Shown piece by piece: positions 51,253-63,659 of a DNA stretch of 64,000 nt (the first letter of the stretch is position 1; each line of letters opens with the position of its first letter). Source of the DNA: Camelus ferus. Lineage: Eukaryota. Made by a program: the position numbers and the translations under genes. The stretch is taken from NCBI RefSeq assembly GCF_009834535.1, contig NC_045697.1, positions 10,108,001-10,172,000 of the forward strand, given 5' to 3'. The notes below the pieces were generated by a model, which did no database searches, was not told the origin of the DNA, and saw only the letters and a list, made by a program, of their open reading frames with translations.

Positions 51253-52365
51253 ATCCCACCAACAGCGTAGGAGGGCTCCTTTTCCTCCACATCCTTTCCA
51301 GCATTTATTATTTGTGGACTTCTTAATGATGGCCATTCTGACTGGTGTGGGGTGGTACCTCACTGTAGTTTTGATTTGCATTTCTCTAACAATTAGCAAT
51401 GTTGAGCATCTTTTCATCTGCTTGTTGAACATCTGGATGTCTTCTTTGGAGAGATGTCTGTTTAGGTCTCCTGTCTATTTTTTGATTGGGTTGCTTGTCT
51501 TTTCATATTAAGCTGTATGAGTTGTTTGTATATTTTGGAAATCAGTCCCTTGTCAGTGCATTATTTGCAAATATTTTCTCCCATTCTGTAGGTTGTCTTT
51601 TTGTTTTGTTGATGTATCCTTGGTGTTGCAGAAGCTTTTAAGTTTAATTAGGTCTCATTTTTTTTTTCACTTTTATTTGCATTACTCTAGGAGCTGGTTC
51701 AAAAAATATATATTGCTGTGATTTATGTCAAAGAGTGTTCTGCCTATGTTTTCCTCTAGGAGTTTTATAGTATTTGGTCTTACATTTATATCTTTAATCC
51801 ATTTTGAGTTTATTTTTGTATGTGGTGTTAGAGAATGTTCTGATTTCAATCTTTTACATGTAGCTGTCCTGTTTCCCAGCATCACTTACTGAAGAGACTG
51901 TCTTTTCTCCATTGTATAATCTTGCCTCCTTTTTCATAGATTAATTGACCAGAAGAGTTTATTTCTGGACTCTCTGTCCTCTTCCATTGATCTGTGTGTC
52001 CCTTTTTGTGCCCCTACTATACTGCTTTGATTACTGATGCTTTGTAGTGTAGTCAGAAGTCAGGGAGCCTGACTCCCCCAGCTCCGTTCTCCTTTCTCAA
52101 GATGATTTTGGCTATCCGTGGCATTTGGTGTTTCTATACAAATTTTAACATTTTTTATTCCAGCTCTATGAAAAATGTCATGGGTAATTTGATAGGGATT
52201 GCATTGAGTCTGTATCTCACCTTGGGTAGTATGGCCATTTTAACAATATTAATTCTTCCAATACAAGAACACTGTATATCTTTCTGTCTGTTTATGTCAT
52301 CTTCGATTTCTTTCATCAGTGTCTTATAGTTTTCAAAGTATAGGTCCTTTGCCTCCTTAGGTAGG
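51253..52365 (-). mobile_element. L1 ORF2 internal fragment
   Basis: ORF track 51244-51432, 51682-51885 and 52155-52451 give L1 ORF2 peptides ([33 protein letters not shown]). Confidence 0.92.
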
Positions 52366-52740
52366 TTGCCAGTGGAGGGGGCGGGGAGAGATGAACAAGC
52401 AGAGTACAGAGGGTTTTTAGGGCGTGGAAATATTCTATAGGATGTTATCATGATGGATATATGTCACTATACATTTGTCTAAACTCATAGAATGTGCAAC
52501 ACCAAGAGTGAACCGTAAGATAAAATACGAACTTGGGGTGATTATGATGTGTCAGTGTAGACTCATCCTTGGTTAAAAAACGTTTTGTTTTTTTTTTAAA
52601 AAACTATTCTGGTGAGTGATGTTAATGACAGGGAAGACTATGTACATGTGGGGTCTGAGGTAAAAAGGAAAATCTCTGTACCTCCCTCTCAATTTTGTTG
52701 TAAACCTTAAACTATTTTGAAAAAATAGTCTTAAAAATCT
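52362..52740 (+). mobile_element. Old L1MC-like 3' end
   Basis: caacaccaagagtgaacc...gatgtgtcagtgtag...gaaatctctgtacctccctctcaattttgttgtaaacct. Confidence 0.75.
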
Positions 52741-52889
52741 AATAATAATTATCACCATCATCATCTGTCCCTATCACAGCTTCAGATAACATTCCTCACA
52801 CTGCAGTGCATCCCTATTATTATTGAAATTACTCTGGAACAACAACAGAGAGTTTCAAGAGTTTTCTATAGAAAACATCATGTCTTACT

Positions 52890-53028
52890 GTAGAGCTGGC
52901 CCTCCATATCTCTGGTTCTACATCCACGGCTACTGCGGACCAACAGGAAGGAACTTCAGCATCTGTGGATTTTGGTATCCCTGAGGGTCCTGTAACCAAT
53001 CCCTCCCAGAAACCGAGGAACAAGTGTA
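52890..53028. mobile_element. TcMar-Tigger remnant (MER2/Tigger3-like)
   Basis: ggccctccatatc...ggattttggtatccctgagggtcctgtaaccaatccc...accgagg terminal motifs. Confidence 0.65.
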
Positions 53029-53189
53029 CTCAGAACTAAAATCACAGTGCAGCTGCCTGAGGTGTTCCAGTGGTCAGACATCTGGCAAAAAATAATCAGA
53101 AGGTTGGTAGGTAAGATGGTCAGAACCCAGAATACATATGCATGGATGTATCAAGCCACCCACACAAGAAGTCCTTACCCACTGGACTC

Positions 53190-53340
53190 CTCCTAGGCAC
53201 AATATTCAAATTAAATTCAGGATATCCAATCAAATTTGAATTTCACATAGCACAACAAATAATTGTTCAGTGTAAGGATGTCCCAAATATTTAACTGGGT
53301 GCTTGCCTTGTATTCTTATGTGCAAAATGTGGCAGCTCTA
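53190..53340. mobile_element. MER53-like DNA transposon remnant
   Basis: aaatttgaatttcacat...gtcccaaatattt...aaatgtggcagctcta; identified by eye. Confidence 0.5.
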
Positions 53341-56300
53341 TCCTCTTAGAATTCTCCTGCAAAGGCATAATAGGAATCTAAGTGACCTTCAGACGGCCTG
53401 TGCACTAATTTCTCCTAAAAGAAGCAGGTTTTCTTGTGAGAAAGGATTCTTAGCTTCCCAAAGCAGCTTTAAAGAGCCAAGTTAAGCTGAGTCAGAAAGA
53501 CATAAGAAGAGCTGGATGGAAAGTCGGAAGACAGGAGATCTAATCCCAGCAATTCCTGTAACCTTTTGTGACTTTTGGACAAGCCACTTAAATCCTGTAA
53601 GTCTGTTTCCATATCACATCCTCGGTGGAAAATAAGTGAGTGCCTTTCTTTCTCTAAACTCACGGCAGACATTGGTAATCCATCACAACGTTCCTTCCCA
53701 CTGTGCCCAGGGGCAGCCTCAGAATTCTTCTCTGCAAATTCTCTGGGAGGCCACCATCCACGGACAAGACTACACCCTTGAGAAGAAATCTACTTGTCTT
53801 CCTTGAATTATGTGAGCCAGTGCTAATGAAAGTTTGGAATCTTTCATGCTCCAAATTCAACCCTAAAATGTGAGATCATACCCGGTTTCACATCCTCAAT
53901 TGAAAGAAAAATACACTGCCTTCTGAAGGAGATTTGTTTTCTTTTAAATTCAGAGCAGGGGAAATGAGCACAGGGTCCTGCTTTGACCAGACCTTGTAGG
54001 AACTGGTTGGCTCCAGCTGTCCTCAAGGACCTCAGTGGGGAACATGGCAGATCTTGACTCCCACCCTCATGCTGACCTTGGTTCCACTCTTCTTTGTGTC
54101 TCCTTCATTCTGCATCCAGGGGCTTCTCATCCCACCCACTGGCTTCCTCACCCTCTGTGTATCTCTTCTGCCTAATGGATTCTGTTTTCTCATAATTTCA
54201 ACGTCTCCTGGCCTCTCATAGTCCAGCACAAGGTCATGGTTTCTTTTTGCCTCAGCTGCGGTTGCTCGACCTCTGTCTGATCTCCCTTCATTTCCCAGAT
54301 TAAATGCCCCAGAGTAAGGCTGTCACGTTTAGCTGGCCTGTTTGCCAAGGGGCCACTCTGAGGATAGGTCCTGTGCTGAGTCAGAACCCTCCATTTGTCC
54401 AGTCAGCTGGGATTGGAAATACTTCATCTGAAACATGGTTGTCTGGGCAAAGCCCATCAGCAGAAGACATTAGTGGGTTGGCATCTTTCTCTCTTTCTCT
54501 CTTTCTCTCTTTCTTTCTTCCTTCCTTCCTTCCTTTTCAAAAGGGTCTGACAAGCAGGTACCATGATGTTCATAACATCATAGAGTTTTTTCAAGGACCA
54601 AAGTTGACCGTGTATGTGAAAAGCGACCGTTTTAGCTGGTTTCTCCTGAAAGCAGCCCCTGAGGCAGGGATCTGAGTGTGAGGTGCTTATTTGGGAGGCG
54701 CTGGGGACTCCAGCACAGGCATGAGGACATGACAGAGGGGCAAGGGGGCGCCCATGAGGCTGGGTCGCTAAGCAACAGCTGCCTGAGGCTTATCCTAGGG
54801 GGAGTGAGGAGAAAACCCAGAATGAGCTCCCCCCAAAAATGAGGAAGTGAAAGTATTTAAGACCAACTCCCAAGAGTCATTGGTGGAGGGCTACCCCAGG
54901 ATGTGATTTTCCCCAGGACTTCGGGCATGCGCTGGTGGTCCAGCACAGTGGCCTTCCAAGGTTCCCAAAAAAGGCCTCAGGAGCAGACAGAAAAATAAGA
55001 CAACTGGATATCACCCAGAGCACCCTGAATTGGTTAAGGTCCACAGGGTACAGGAGAGGCACTGGCATCACCTGCCACAGCACTTGCCAGCTCTCAAATG
55101 TCAACTCCATGAGGGCGAGGAAACAGTGCCCAGCACACAATAGATGCTCAATACATTTTTAAGGGATGAATGAGTGAATGAATGAGTGATAGAAAGCCCT
55201 GTATAAATGAATGTAACTGTTATTATTGGGACTGTTGTTGTGGGTCCTTCATAATTGTCTGCCTCTGTATGCCAATGAAGAGGCAATGTGATGGGAGAAG
55301 GGTAAAAGGGAGCACTGAGCAGGGACAAAGGACCACCAGGTAGGGCCAGAAAAGGCCTGGGTCTTAACACCATCTCTTTTCACACCACTACCATGTCTTG
55401 CACAAAGCAGAAGGAACGTCATCTTCCTACACACGTTTCAAGTTATATTTTAACGACTTCTTTTCTACAGTTTGTCCTTTATATTTGTTTCAGTTGTAGA
55501 CAACAATGATCAGTGGAAGAGAGCTACACTTGTCTTTTTCCCTCAGTTCTGTGTTTCCAAGGACAACCCTGAGCCCTACTTTTGGTTAAACCCCACCCCA
55601 ACCACATCACAAACGAGACGGCAGAAATAAGTATTGTGAGGGCGACCATAGGAACCCACCATCATTGAAAGGATTTGAGAGGACTTCCGTGTAATCTCAC
55701 TTCTGACAGTGCTAAGCCAATTACTCAGAAGTCGCAAATGGACCAAAATACTGGCTTTTCCACTGATCCCACAAAATCAGAGACTGCAACTTGGATATGA
55801 GACTGAAACAAACTTCCCAGTGGTTGTCTCCAGGTCCAGACTTTGTGGGACATTTGCTCTGCAAATCAGAAATTTCTCCAGTCCTCAGAAAGGGCCACGG
55901 TCGACCTCACTCCAGGTCAAGTTCATAGAACCCCAGATCGGCCACACCTGCAGGTGGCCCTTTACACGCAGCCCACTCCCGAGAGTGACACAAAGGCCAG
56001 TGTGTTCTAGACGCTTGCCATCTCACCAGACAGGGAAGTCACTCCGCCTACCTTTCTGCACTGGAAACATTGATAATTTCAAGCCAGTAAGAGCACTGAA
56101 GTTCTTTTTCAAGGTGGCAGGGACTCAGGGAAAGGGAGTGGAGTGCAAGAGAAGAGCTGATCTGAAAACCAATTTCCTCTTTAATTCTCAGGGAACTAAT
56201 AAAGCAAGCCCACCGCTGGCTACGCTGAGGGAATTGCTCTACAGAAGAGTCATTTCCAATTTCTTTTTCATCCTGTTACACATCAGTGCATTCAAGTCCA

Positions 56301-57077
56301 TACAAAAGCCGTAAATGCTTCAATAGCCAGGGCTGTGTCTTTTGTTCATTCCATTCCTCACACAAGGATTGAGAGTAAACTCTGCAGTCAGCATTTAGCC
56401 AAGGAGTTTAAGGATGTCAAGACCCGGGCTCTAATATGTCAAAAGTAAAACTGTTTCTTTAGGAATGTTTCTTCCTTCCCAAAACAAGGCAAGAAAATAG
56501 TCATTTTGCTTTTGCTTCAAGGTTGACTTCGATGGGAGGAAAACGGAATGAGGCGGTTTACATTTTAAGGGCCTGACCTCTAGCGGCCAGCGATGGTAAC
56601 TCCTCCACGAGAGAACAAACCCGACAGGGAGTGAGCTTGGAGAGGCTTCGGAGAGCATCTTTCCCCGCCCACCTCACGTTGCAGGGGAGGAAACGAGAGA
56701 TCCGCAGAAGATGAGAAACTTGGGCGTAGCTGCTAAGACGGGGCTGGAGCCAAGGTCTCTTTCTTTCACTTCATCTCCTCCATTGCCCAGCCACATTTAA
56801 AAGCTAATTTTCCTTATATAGTGCAGTTAATCAACAAACAGAACAACAATGACAGACTCCAATTTCAGGCATCCATTCTGTGATTTGCCACAAACCTGAT
56901 TAGATAAGTGCGGATAGAGATTTCAGTTGCTTACTGGATGAAAACAGCTAGATGGTAAGGGTTATTTCTTAATTATCTCTGAATCGCTAGTACTTGTCAC
57001 CATAGTTGCCACACGGTGTCAGGTGGACAGTAAATAGCTAGATGGACAGGTAAATTTTAATATGAAATTAGACATCA

Positions 57078-57192
57078 GGGGGAGGGAAATAGCTCAGTGG
57101 TAGAGCGCATGTTTAACATGCTGGAGGTCCTGGGTTCAATCCCCAGTACCTCCATTTTTTTTTAATTATATAAATTTTTAAAAATAAAGAAA
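57078..57192 (+). mobile_element. tRNA-Ala-derived SINE, Vic-1-like (camelid)
   Basis: Head tagctcagtggtagagcgc...gggttcaatccccagtacctcca; perfect 14-bp TSD gaaattagacatca at 57064-57077 and 57193-57206. Confidence 0.88.
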
Positions 57193-59413
57193 GAAATTAG
57201 ACATCAATTAAAACTGAAAGCTACCTGCCTAGTTTTCCAATTACCAAAATGGCAGATCTAAGATTTGAGATCAACAGTTCAGTCTTACACTAAAAGCTAC
57301 CCTCTTAACCACTTGCCCTAGGGACCCCTGCTACCCAGGAAAGCCTCCCTAAATTTCACAGAAGCAGCCTTTCCGGATCTCTGAATTAACACAGCCGATT
57401 CAAGAGGAGATTGTGTTTTTCAGATGCTCAGTCAAAAGTTTTTGCTCTCAAATAGTGACCCAATAAAATTTTTCCTTCATGTGTTGGTTTGTTCCTTCAG
57501 TCATTCAACACGTATTTATTGAGTGTTTACTATGTGCCAGGAATTTCCCTGAGTGATAAGAACCCAGTGGGAAAGGCAAAATGACATGACAACCACTAGG
57601 CTAGTGCTAAGTACTGCGAGAATAAAGAAAGAAGTCTGGTTATCAACCATAGATCCGTGCCCATTGTTACTGGAGATGTGAATGAGGACACAGCCCTGAA
57701 GATTTTCGAGCATAGATCCAAATCTTGAAGAATGTATGTGTAAACTCCAGCATCCTTTGGTAAAATAACCCAGTGAAGGTAGAGAATCTTCATATGGAAA
57801 GAGGCAAAATTCATGTCTCCTTCCCCCAACTATTATTCCTAGAGTTCACTCAGCTTTTGAGGATCTAGAAATCTCCACTGATGCCATCAGACTAGCTCCT
57901 GAAATTAATCTCCTCCTTGTCCTTCCATCCCAAGCACAGATATTAACCCTCCTGCAATTCCCCTCAGCACACATAAGACCATGTTGGAACAACTACAAGA
58001 TTTGACTCAAGTCTCAGAGAAATGAGAGAGGAATTATAACAATTATTAAAAGACGGTTACTGGAGGTGATGGTACTTGAGACCTACAGGCCACCGTCATG
58101 AGGCTGGCCAGGCAATGCAGGATTGCTTCCCTGTCTTGCCCTGGTTAGACATCATATGGCAGTGTCCCAATTTCCCTACTACCCCAGGAAACTCCTCGAG
58201 TGTGTCAGAGCCCCTCACAGTCCAAGCCCAAGAGAGCAGAAAGGTGCATGGTGGCAAGTGTCCCTTTCCTTCTGCTCCGAATTCCATCTCTCGTGGAGCG
58301 AGAACACAGGCAGCTACCAGCTGACAGATGGCTCTTACTCCAGAAATCCACTTGCTAGACAGATCTTCGGAATCTGTCGTGCATTTCCAAAAATATCAAC
58401 AGCATGATTTAAATCAGAGGCAAGTCCAAGAAAGTTCTATTTTTACCCTGGTCCATCTAAGGATGTTAGAAATACCACTTCCCAATTTGGCAGAAACCAG
58501 GAATGGTGTATAGATGCCTCCAGGCACTCTCTATACCCATATATCATCTGCACCAATTTAAGGACCCAGATCCCCTACCAGGTCCCCGAGAATTCTGCAT
58601 CAGGAGACAGAACACGGTTGCCTCTACAGGGATCTGCAGATAGCAGAGACATGAAAATTCTTGACCTGGAAACAGCAGAGTGATCCTTCCTAAACAGAGT
58701 CGAGCAAACTGTCTATGTTACTTTAGCATTTGTGCATTCGAAGGAAATGCAATACAATTTGTGACATCACAGGACATGGGAAAATAATAGGTGACTCAAA
58801 GTACAGAGGGAAGCAGGGTATAATGTTTTTTATCAGAAGATACTGTCAGCTGTTCATCAATCTAGTGAGCCCAGCAATTCTCCTTGGATAAGAACTTGTT
58901 TCAGCGAAGGGTCACTTGTGCACCTCTTTTGATTATGCAGATGTAAGACAGGGGGACGCCCACTGCCCTGGGAAGTGGGGATGTCACAGGATTTTCTGTA
59001 ACGTGGCTGACGCTGCCCTTTCCAAATGTCCCTTGCAGTCTTTGATATCAGTGAATAAATTTGCAAAATGTCCTGGGGATGAAAGAGATTTAGACACTGA
59101 TGTCTTTCCTGCTAAATTTCAACAGCATTAAAACCTCTCTGATAACCTTGATGGTCCTAATTTTGAGTTAATTAACCAGAAAAGATCCTTGGCATTATGG
59201 GGAGGGATGCAACCTGAGGAGAGGGGGGCTGTGGACTGTGTACTGGTGACAGTGGTTCTAATCAAGACTCAGATGACAGGGACCAGGGTCGGGGAGGACA
59301 GGAGGAAGGTGTGTAGTTGTTGGTTCAGGCAGAGCTGTGATTGAGGTCAAAAACCTCTCCAGATGCTGTGAACCCTGGTGGATCATGTTGGTGTGAACCA
59401 TATTGGAGAAACC

Positions 59414-59636
59414 CAGGTCCCTCAGCCTTGGTGCTTATCAACGTTTTGAGCCAGATGATTCTCCCTCTGGGGAGGTGGGCAGTCCTGTGCATTGTAGGAT
59501 GTTTAGCAGCATCCCTGACCTCTACCCATCAGATGCCAATCATACCTTCCCCCAAGTTGTGACAACCAAAAATGCCTCCGGACTCTGCCAAATGTCCCCT
59601 GCGACGGCAAAACTCAACCCTGGTTGAGAAGCACTG
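59414..59636 (+). mobile_element. MER20 (hAT-Charlie)
   Basis: gtcctgtgcattgtaggatgtttagcagcatccctgacctctaccc...tgccaaatgtcccctg...ggttgagaagcactg. Confidence 0.82.
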
Positions 59637-61019
59637 TTAAGAATAGAAGCGGGTAACCCTGGAAATTCAAATGTGAGGAGGCTGGTAAGGGTGTTTGGAG
59701 CATCAGACACATCGATGTAGCTGAGGGCAAAAATGCTCAGACCTCTTGGGAGCCATTTCCCACAGAAGCCTGCTGGCTGACTCTGTTCTCTCTTCATTGG
59801 CATCTGGATACAGGACTACTGTTTGAATCAAGTAAACTTCTCAACATTTATGAACAACTCCAAGTGAAAATGAGGCTTCAAGGATGTCCTGCTAATAAAA
59901 GCAAGCACATTTTCAAGCAACTAATTAGAAAATGAGAATGTCATGATGTTATTTGTCCCCTAGGCTGGTGATGCCGGTCATACCTGTGAGATGCACTTAA
60001 GGGAAGTAGCTAGAAAAAAAGAGAATGTGAAAAATGTAGGAAAATAACTTTTCCAATGAGAGAAATGTGAGAATTCACTACTCATACTGGAGCAGCAGTT
60101 TCCTCTATGTAAGAGAGTCTGCAGTTATTTCAAATCATGACATATGCCTCCAAATAAAATGATTCTTACAGCATTTTATTCTCAGTAGCCCAGACAGCTC
60201 TCTTAGGAAGTGAGAATGTTGTGAAATGAAGCAAGCAAGAGGAAAGTGTTGCAATTCAAAACTGGTTGAAAATCGTAGCCCTGGAGGAAGAAAATTAAAT
60301 GCTTTATTGTCTATGAAATACAAATAGCCTCCACAACCAATATATCTGAGTCAATAAGTGTTTCTCTCCATTTACTATAGAAACAAGAGGTTCAAATTTA
60401 CTGGAGTTCAAGTTATATTGCAGGGGGAGATGTATATCATTCAGTAAATTGGAAAATATAAATCAAATGTTGAAGAACGTGGTTTTATAAAATTTATGAT
60501 TCAAAGGTGATTCTTCAGCTTCCAAGTTGGGCTTTATTTTAGTGATGTGTTTTCCCCTGTGATACATTTTTCTTTCATGGAAAATGAGTCACCTACAATC
60601 AAAAATATTATAAAATTCCAAGAGCCAATTGAGAATGACACATTCATCGAAAGCTGAAATTACGCTCCATATGTCCAGGTGTGAAAAGTATAGTTTAGCC
60701 ATTTACTGACTTAAATAACGCCCCATTGCAGCTTTCTTCCAAAGACAATATATATAGCACAGGAGTTTCACCTCAGGTGCTATAATTTTCCCATGTTTAT
60801 TCCAGTGTTCTAATCTTCCAAGGAGGCTTCAACTACATCATGCTTTAGTGGCATTACCCTTGAAAGCATTGAATGTATTTGTCATTTTTTTTTTTTTTTG
60901 GTTATACATGTAAAAATTATGTGCCTCAGAGTTCCATGTTAAAAAAAATAATGACTATATTTCATTCATCTATTCATTCATTCGTTCATCTATTTATTCA
61001 TGTTTTTAAAGATGTGACT

Positions 61020-61578
61020 GCTACAGTTACTTACTGCTTTGTAACAAATGGTCCCAAAATGCAGCAGCTTAAAAGAATCATTTTGTTATGCACATCGGTT
61101 CTGTGAGTCAGGAATTTAAACAGAGCAGAGCTGCTCAAATAATCTCTACTCCACAGTATCTGGGGCCTCAGCTGAGAAAACTGGAACCCTGTGAAGTAGC
61201 TCAGTGTTTAGGGGCTAGAATCCTCCAAAGGCTTGTTCAGGTGCATGTTCTAGAGCCTTGACTTAAGGACAAAGATTGCCAAACAGAAAATGTGCACATG
61301 ACTTTTCCAGGTGGCCTGACCCCCTCACAGCATGGTGACCTCAGAGTAGTCAAACTTCTTCTTTGAGACTCTAAGCACAAAAGTTCTAGCAAACAACATA
61401 GGGACCACATTATCTATTATGGCTCAGTCTTGGAACTCGGTGAGCAAGCCAGCATCACTTCCCCGATACTTTGTGGGTCAGTGCAGTTACAAGTCCACTC
61501 AGACACAAAGGGAGGGAAAACAGACTCCACTCCAAGGAATAACAATGAATTTGAAGGTTTGGTTTTAAAACCACCACA
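61020..61578 (-). mobile_element. MaLR LTR (older MLT1 type)
   Basis: gtaacaaat...gcagcttaaaa...ctgtgagtcaggaattt...cctcacagcatggtg...ttttaaaaccaccaca. Confidence 0.7.
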
Positions 61579-61884
61579 GGAGCATAACAAGATTGATCAC
61601 AGGATGTTTGTTACTGGGAATAGTAAAAGGAATATAACTACCTACATGTTAGAGTTTTAAAATAATAAGGAAATAAAATAATAAGGAATATTTTGAAAAC
61701 CTTTATGCCATCAATTTTTAAACAAAGAACGGACAATTTCCTAAAAATATGTAATATACTAAAACAAGAAGAAATGTAGAATTTGAATAGGCTTATAAGA
61801 ATAAAGAAAATTGTAATAGTGGTCAAAAATCTAACTACAACCAACCCCTCTCCTCAACACATACACACACACACAACACCCCCG

Positions 61885-62712
61885 ATTCTTCAAAGAAGAT
61901 GTACAAATGGCCGAAAAGTACAGTGAATTACCGTACTCAGCATCACTACTCATAGGGAAAAGCAAATTAAAACCACAGTGAGGTACCCCTTCACAGCTCT
62001 TAGGCGATCATCAAAACATGGAAAATAACAAGGCTTGGTGAGGACACACAAAAATTAGAGCACTTGCCCGTGACTGATGGGAATGTAGAATTGCTCAGCT
62101 GCTGTAGAAAACAGTTTGGCAGCTCCTCAAAAAGTTACACATAGAATTACCATGTGATGCAACAATCCACTCCTAGGTATATATATTGAATTGGAAGTAA
62201 GGACTCAAACAGGTACTTGTATGTGACTGTTCATTGCAGCATTATTCCTATTAGCCAAAAGGTGGAAATAACCAAGTGTTCACCAGCAGATGAACGAACA
62301 AGCAAAATGTGGTCTATGCATACAATGGATTATTATTCAGCCTTAAAAAGGAATGATGTACTGACACACACTACAACGTAGACGAACCTTGAAAACACTC
62401 TAAGTGAAAAGCCAGACACAAAAGGACAAACATTGTATGATTCCACTTCTATGAAATATGTAGAAGAGGCAAATTCATAGAGACAGAAAATAACGTAGAG
62501 GCTGAGAAGAAGAAGAAATTGTCATTTCTTGTTTAAAGAGTAAAGAGCTTCTATTTGAGGTAATGAAGGAGTTTTGGGAACAGTGATGATGGTTGTATGA
62601 CATTGTGAATGTAACTGATGCTGCTGAATGGTGCACTTAAAAATGGCTAAAATAGCAAAGTTAATGTCATATATATTTTTATGTCATATACGTATTTGTA
62701 ATAAAAAAAAAT
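61885..62712 (+). mobile_element. L1MB-like 3' end nested in older L1M ORF2 sequence (about 61640-63200)
   Basis: caaagaagatgtacaaatggcc...gcaaattaaaaccacagtgagg...tgtatgattccacttctatgaaat...A-rich tail. Confidence 0.8.
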
Positions 62713-62756
62713 CTCACTGGACCCAAACAGTTTTATAGACAAGTTAACAAAACAGA

Positions 62757-62779
62757 GTGTGTGTGTGTGTGTGTGTGTG
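62757..62779. repeat. (GT)n microsatellite followed by a GA-rich tract
   Basis: Direct observation. Confidence 0.9.
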
Positions 62780-63380
62780 CATTAAAGAGTCAGAGAGAAA
62801 CAGAGATAGACAGAGAAAGACAGGGAGAGAAAGATTAGTCTGTTTTTTTGATATTAGAATATTCTTTATTTTTCATAATACCACAGGAAAGGAAAAACAA
62901 TAGGCCACACTCAGTAACGACACTAAAGCAAAACAAATCTAAATATTAGTAACTAAATCCAACAACTAATTTTTAAAATATCTTGACCAAGTTTAGGGTA
63001 TACCAGGAATGCAAGAAAGTTTGACATTAAAATGCTTGTCAATGTAATCCACGACATTAAGGGATGAAAGAAGTAAACTCATATCTGGTTATCTCAGAAA
63101 AATGAAGGAGAAAAAAAAAGCTTGTGATATGTGATTCAACACCCATTCATGATTAAAACTCCTCAGCCAGATAGGAACACTTAACACAGAAGAAAGGTAT
63201 TTTTGGATTTTGATTGAAAAGAAATCTACTAGATTCATTTATTTTGTTTGCATAAGAATTTGTGCCAGAAATGCCAGTTTTGAAAGATGCTTTTTAAAAA
63301 CTTTTAAGTGGAATGAGGAGATGTATAATTCTTACGAACTGCTTTAGTTTAGTTAGATATTAAAAGATAAGGGAGGTCAT

Positions 63381-63557
63381 TGTTGTTTATCTATTTTATA
63401 TATAGTAGTTCTATCTGCTAATCCCAAACTCCTAATTTAACCCTCCCCCACCTTTCCCCTTTGGTAACCATAAGTTTGTTTTCTGTGTCTGTGAGTCTGT
63501 TTCTGTTTTGTAAATAAGTTCATTTGTATCATTACACTTCAATTAAAAAAAAAAAAC
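63381..63557 (+). mobile_element. Very short L1 insertion with 5' inversion
   Basis: Antisense L1 3' UTR at 63381-63530, sense tacacttcaatt plus poly(A), and TSD agat(a/t)agggaggtc(a/g)t at 63365-63380 and 63558-63573. Confidence 0.85.
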
Positions 63558-63659
63558 AGATTAGGGAGGTCGTAACCGGAAGGTTGATTAGCAGAAGTGT
63601 TGTGAACAAACCCTACCTCTTATCAGCCGACCACTTCAAGTAGGTGACCTCTTACGATA

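Noticed and set aside
55709..56314. 201-aa ORF, the longest in the track
   Set aside because: It has a non-ATG start, no recognisable domain and no supporting exon structure; chance ORF unless RNA or conservation data say otherwise.
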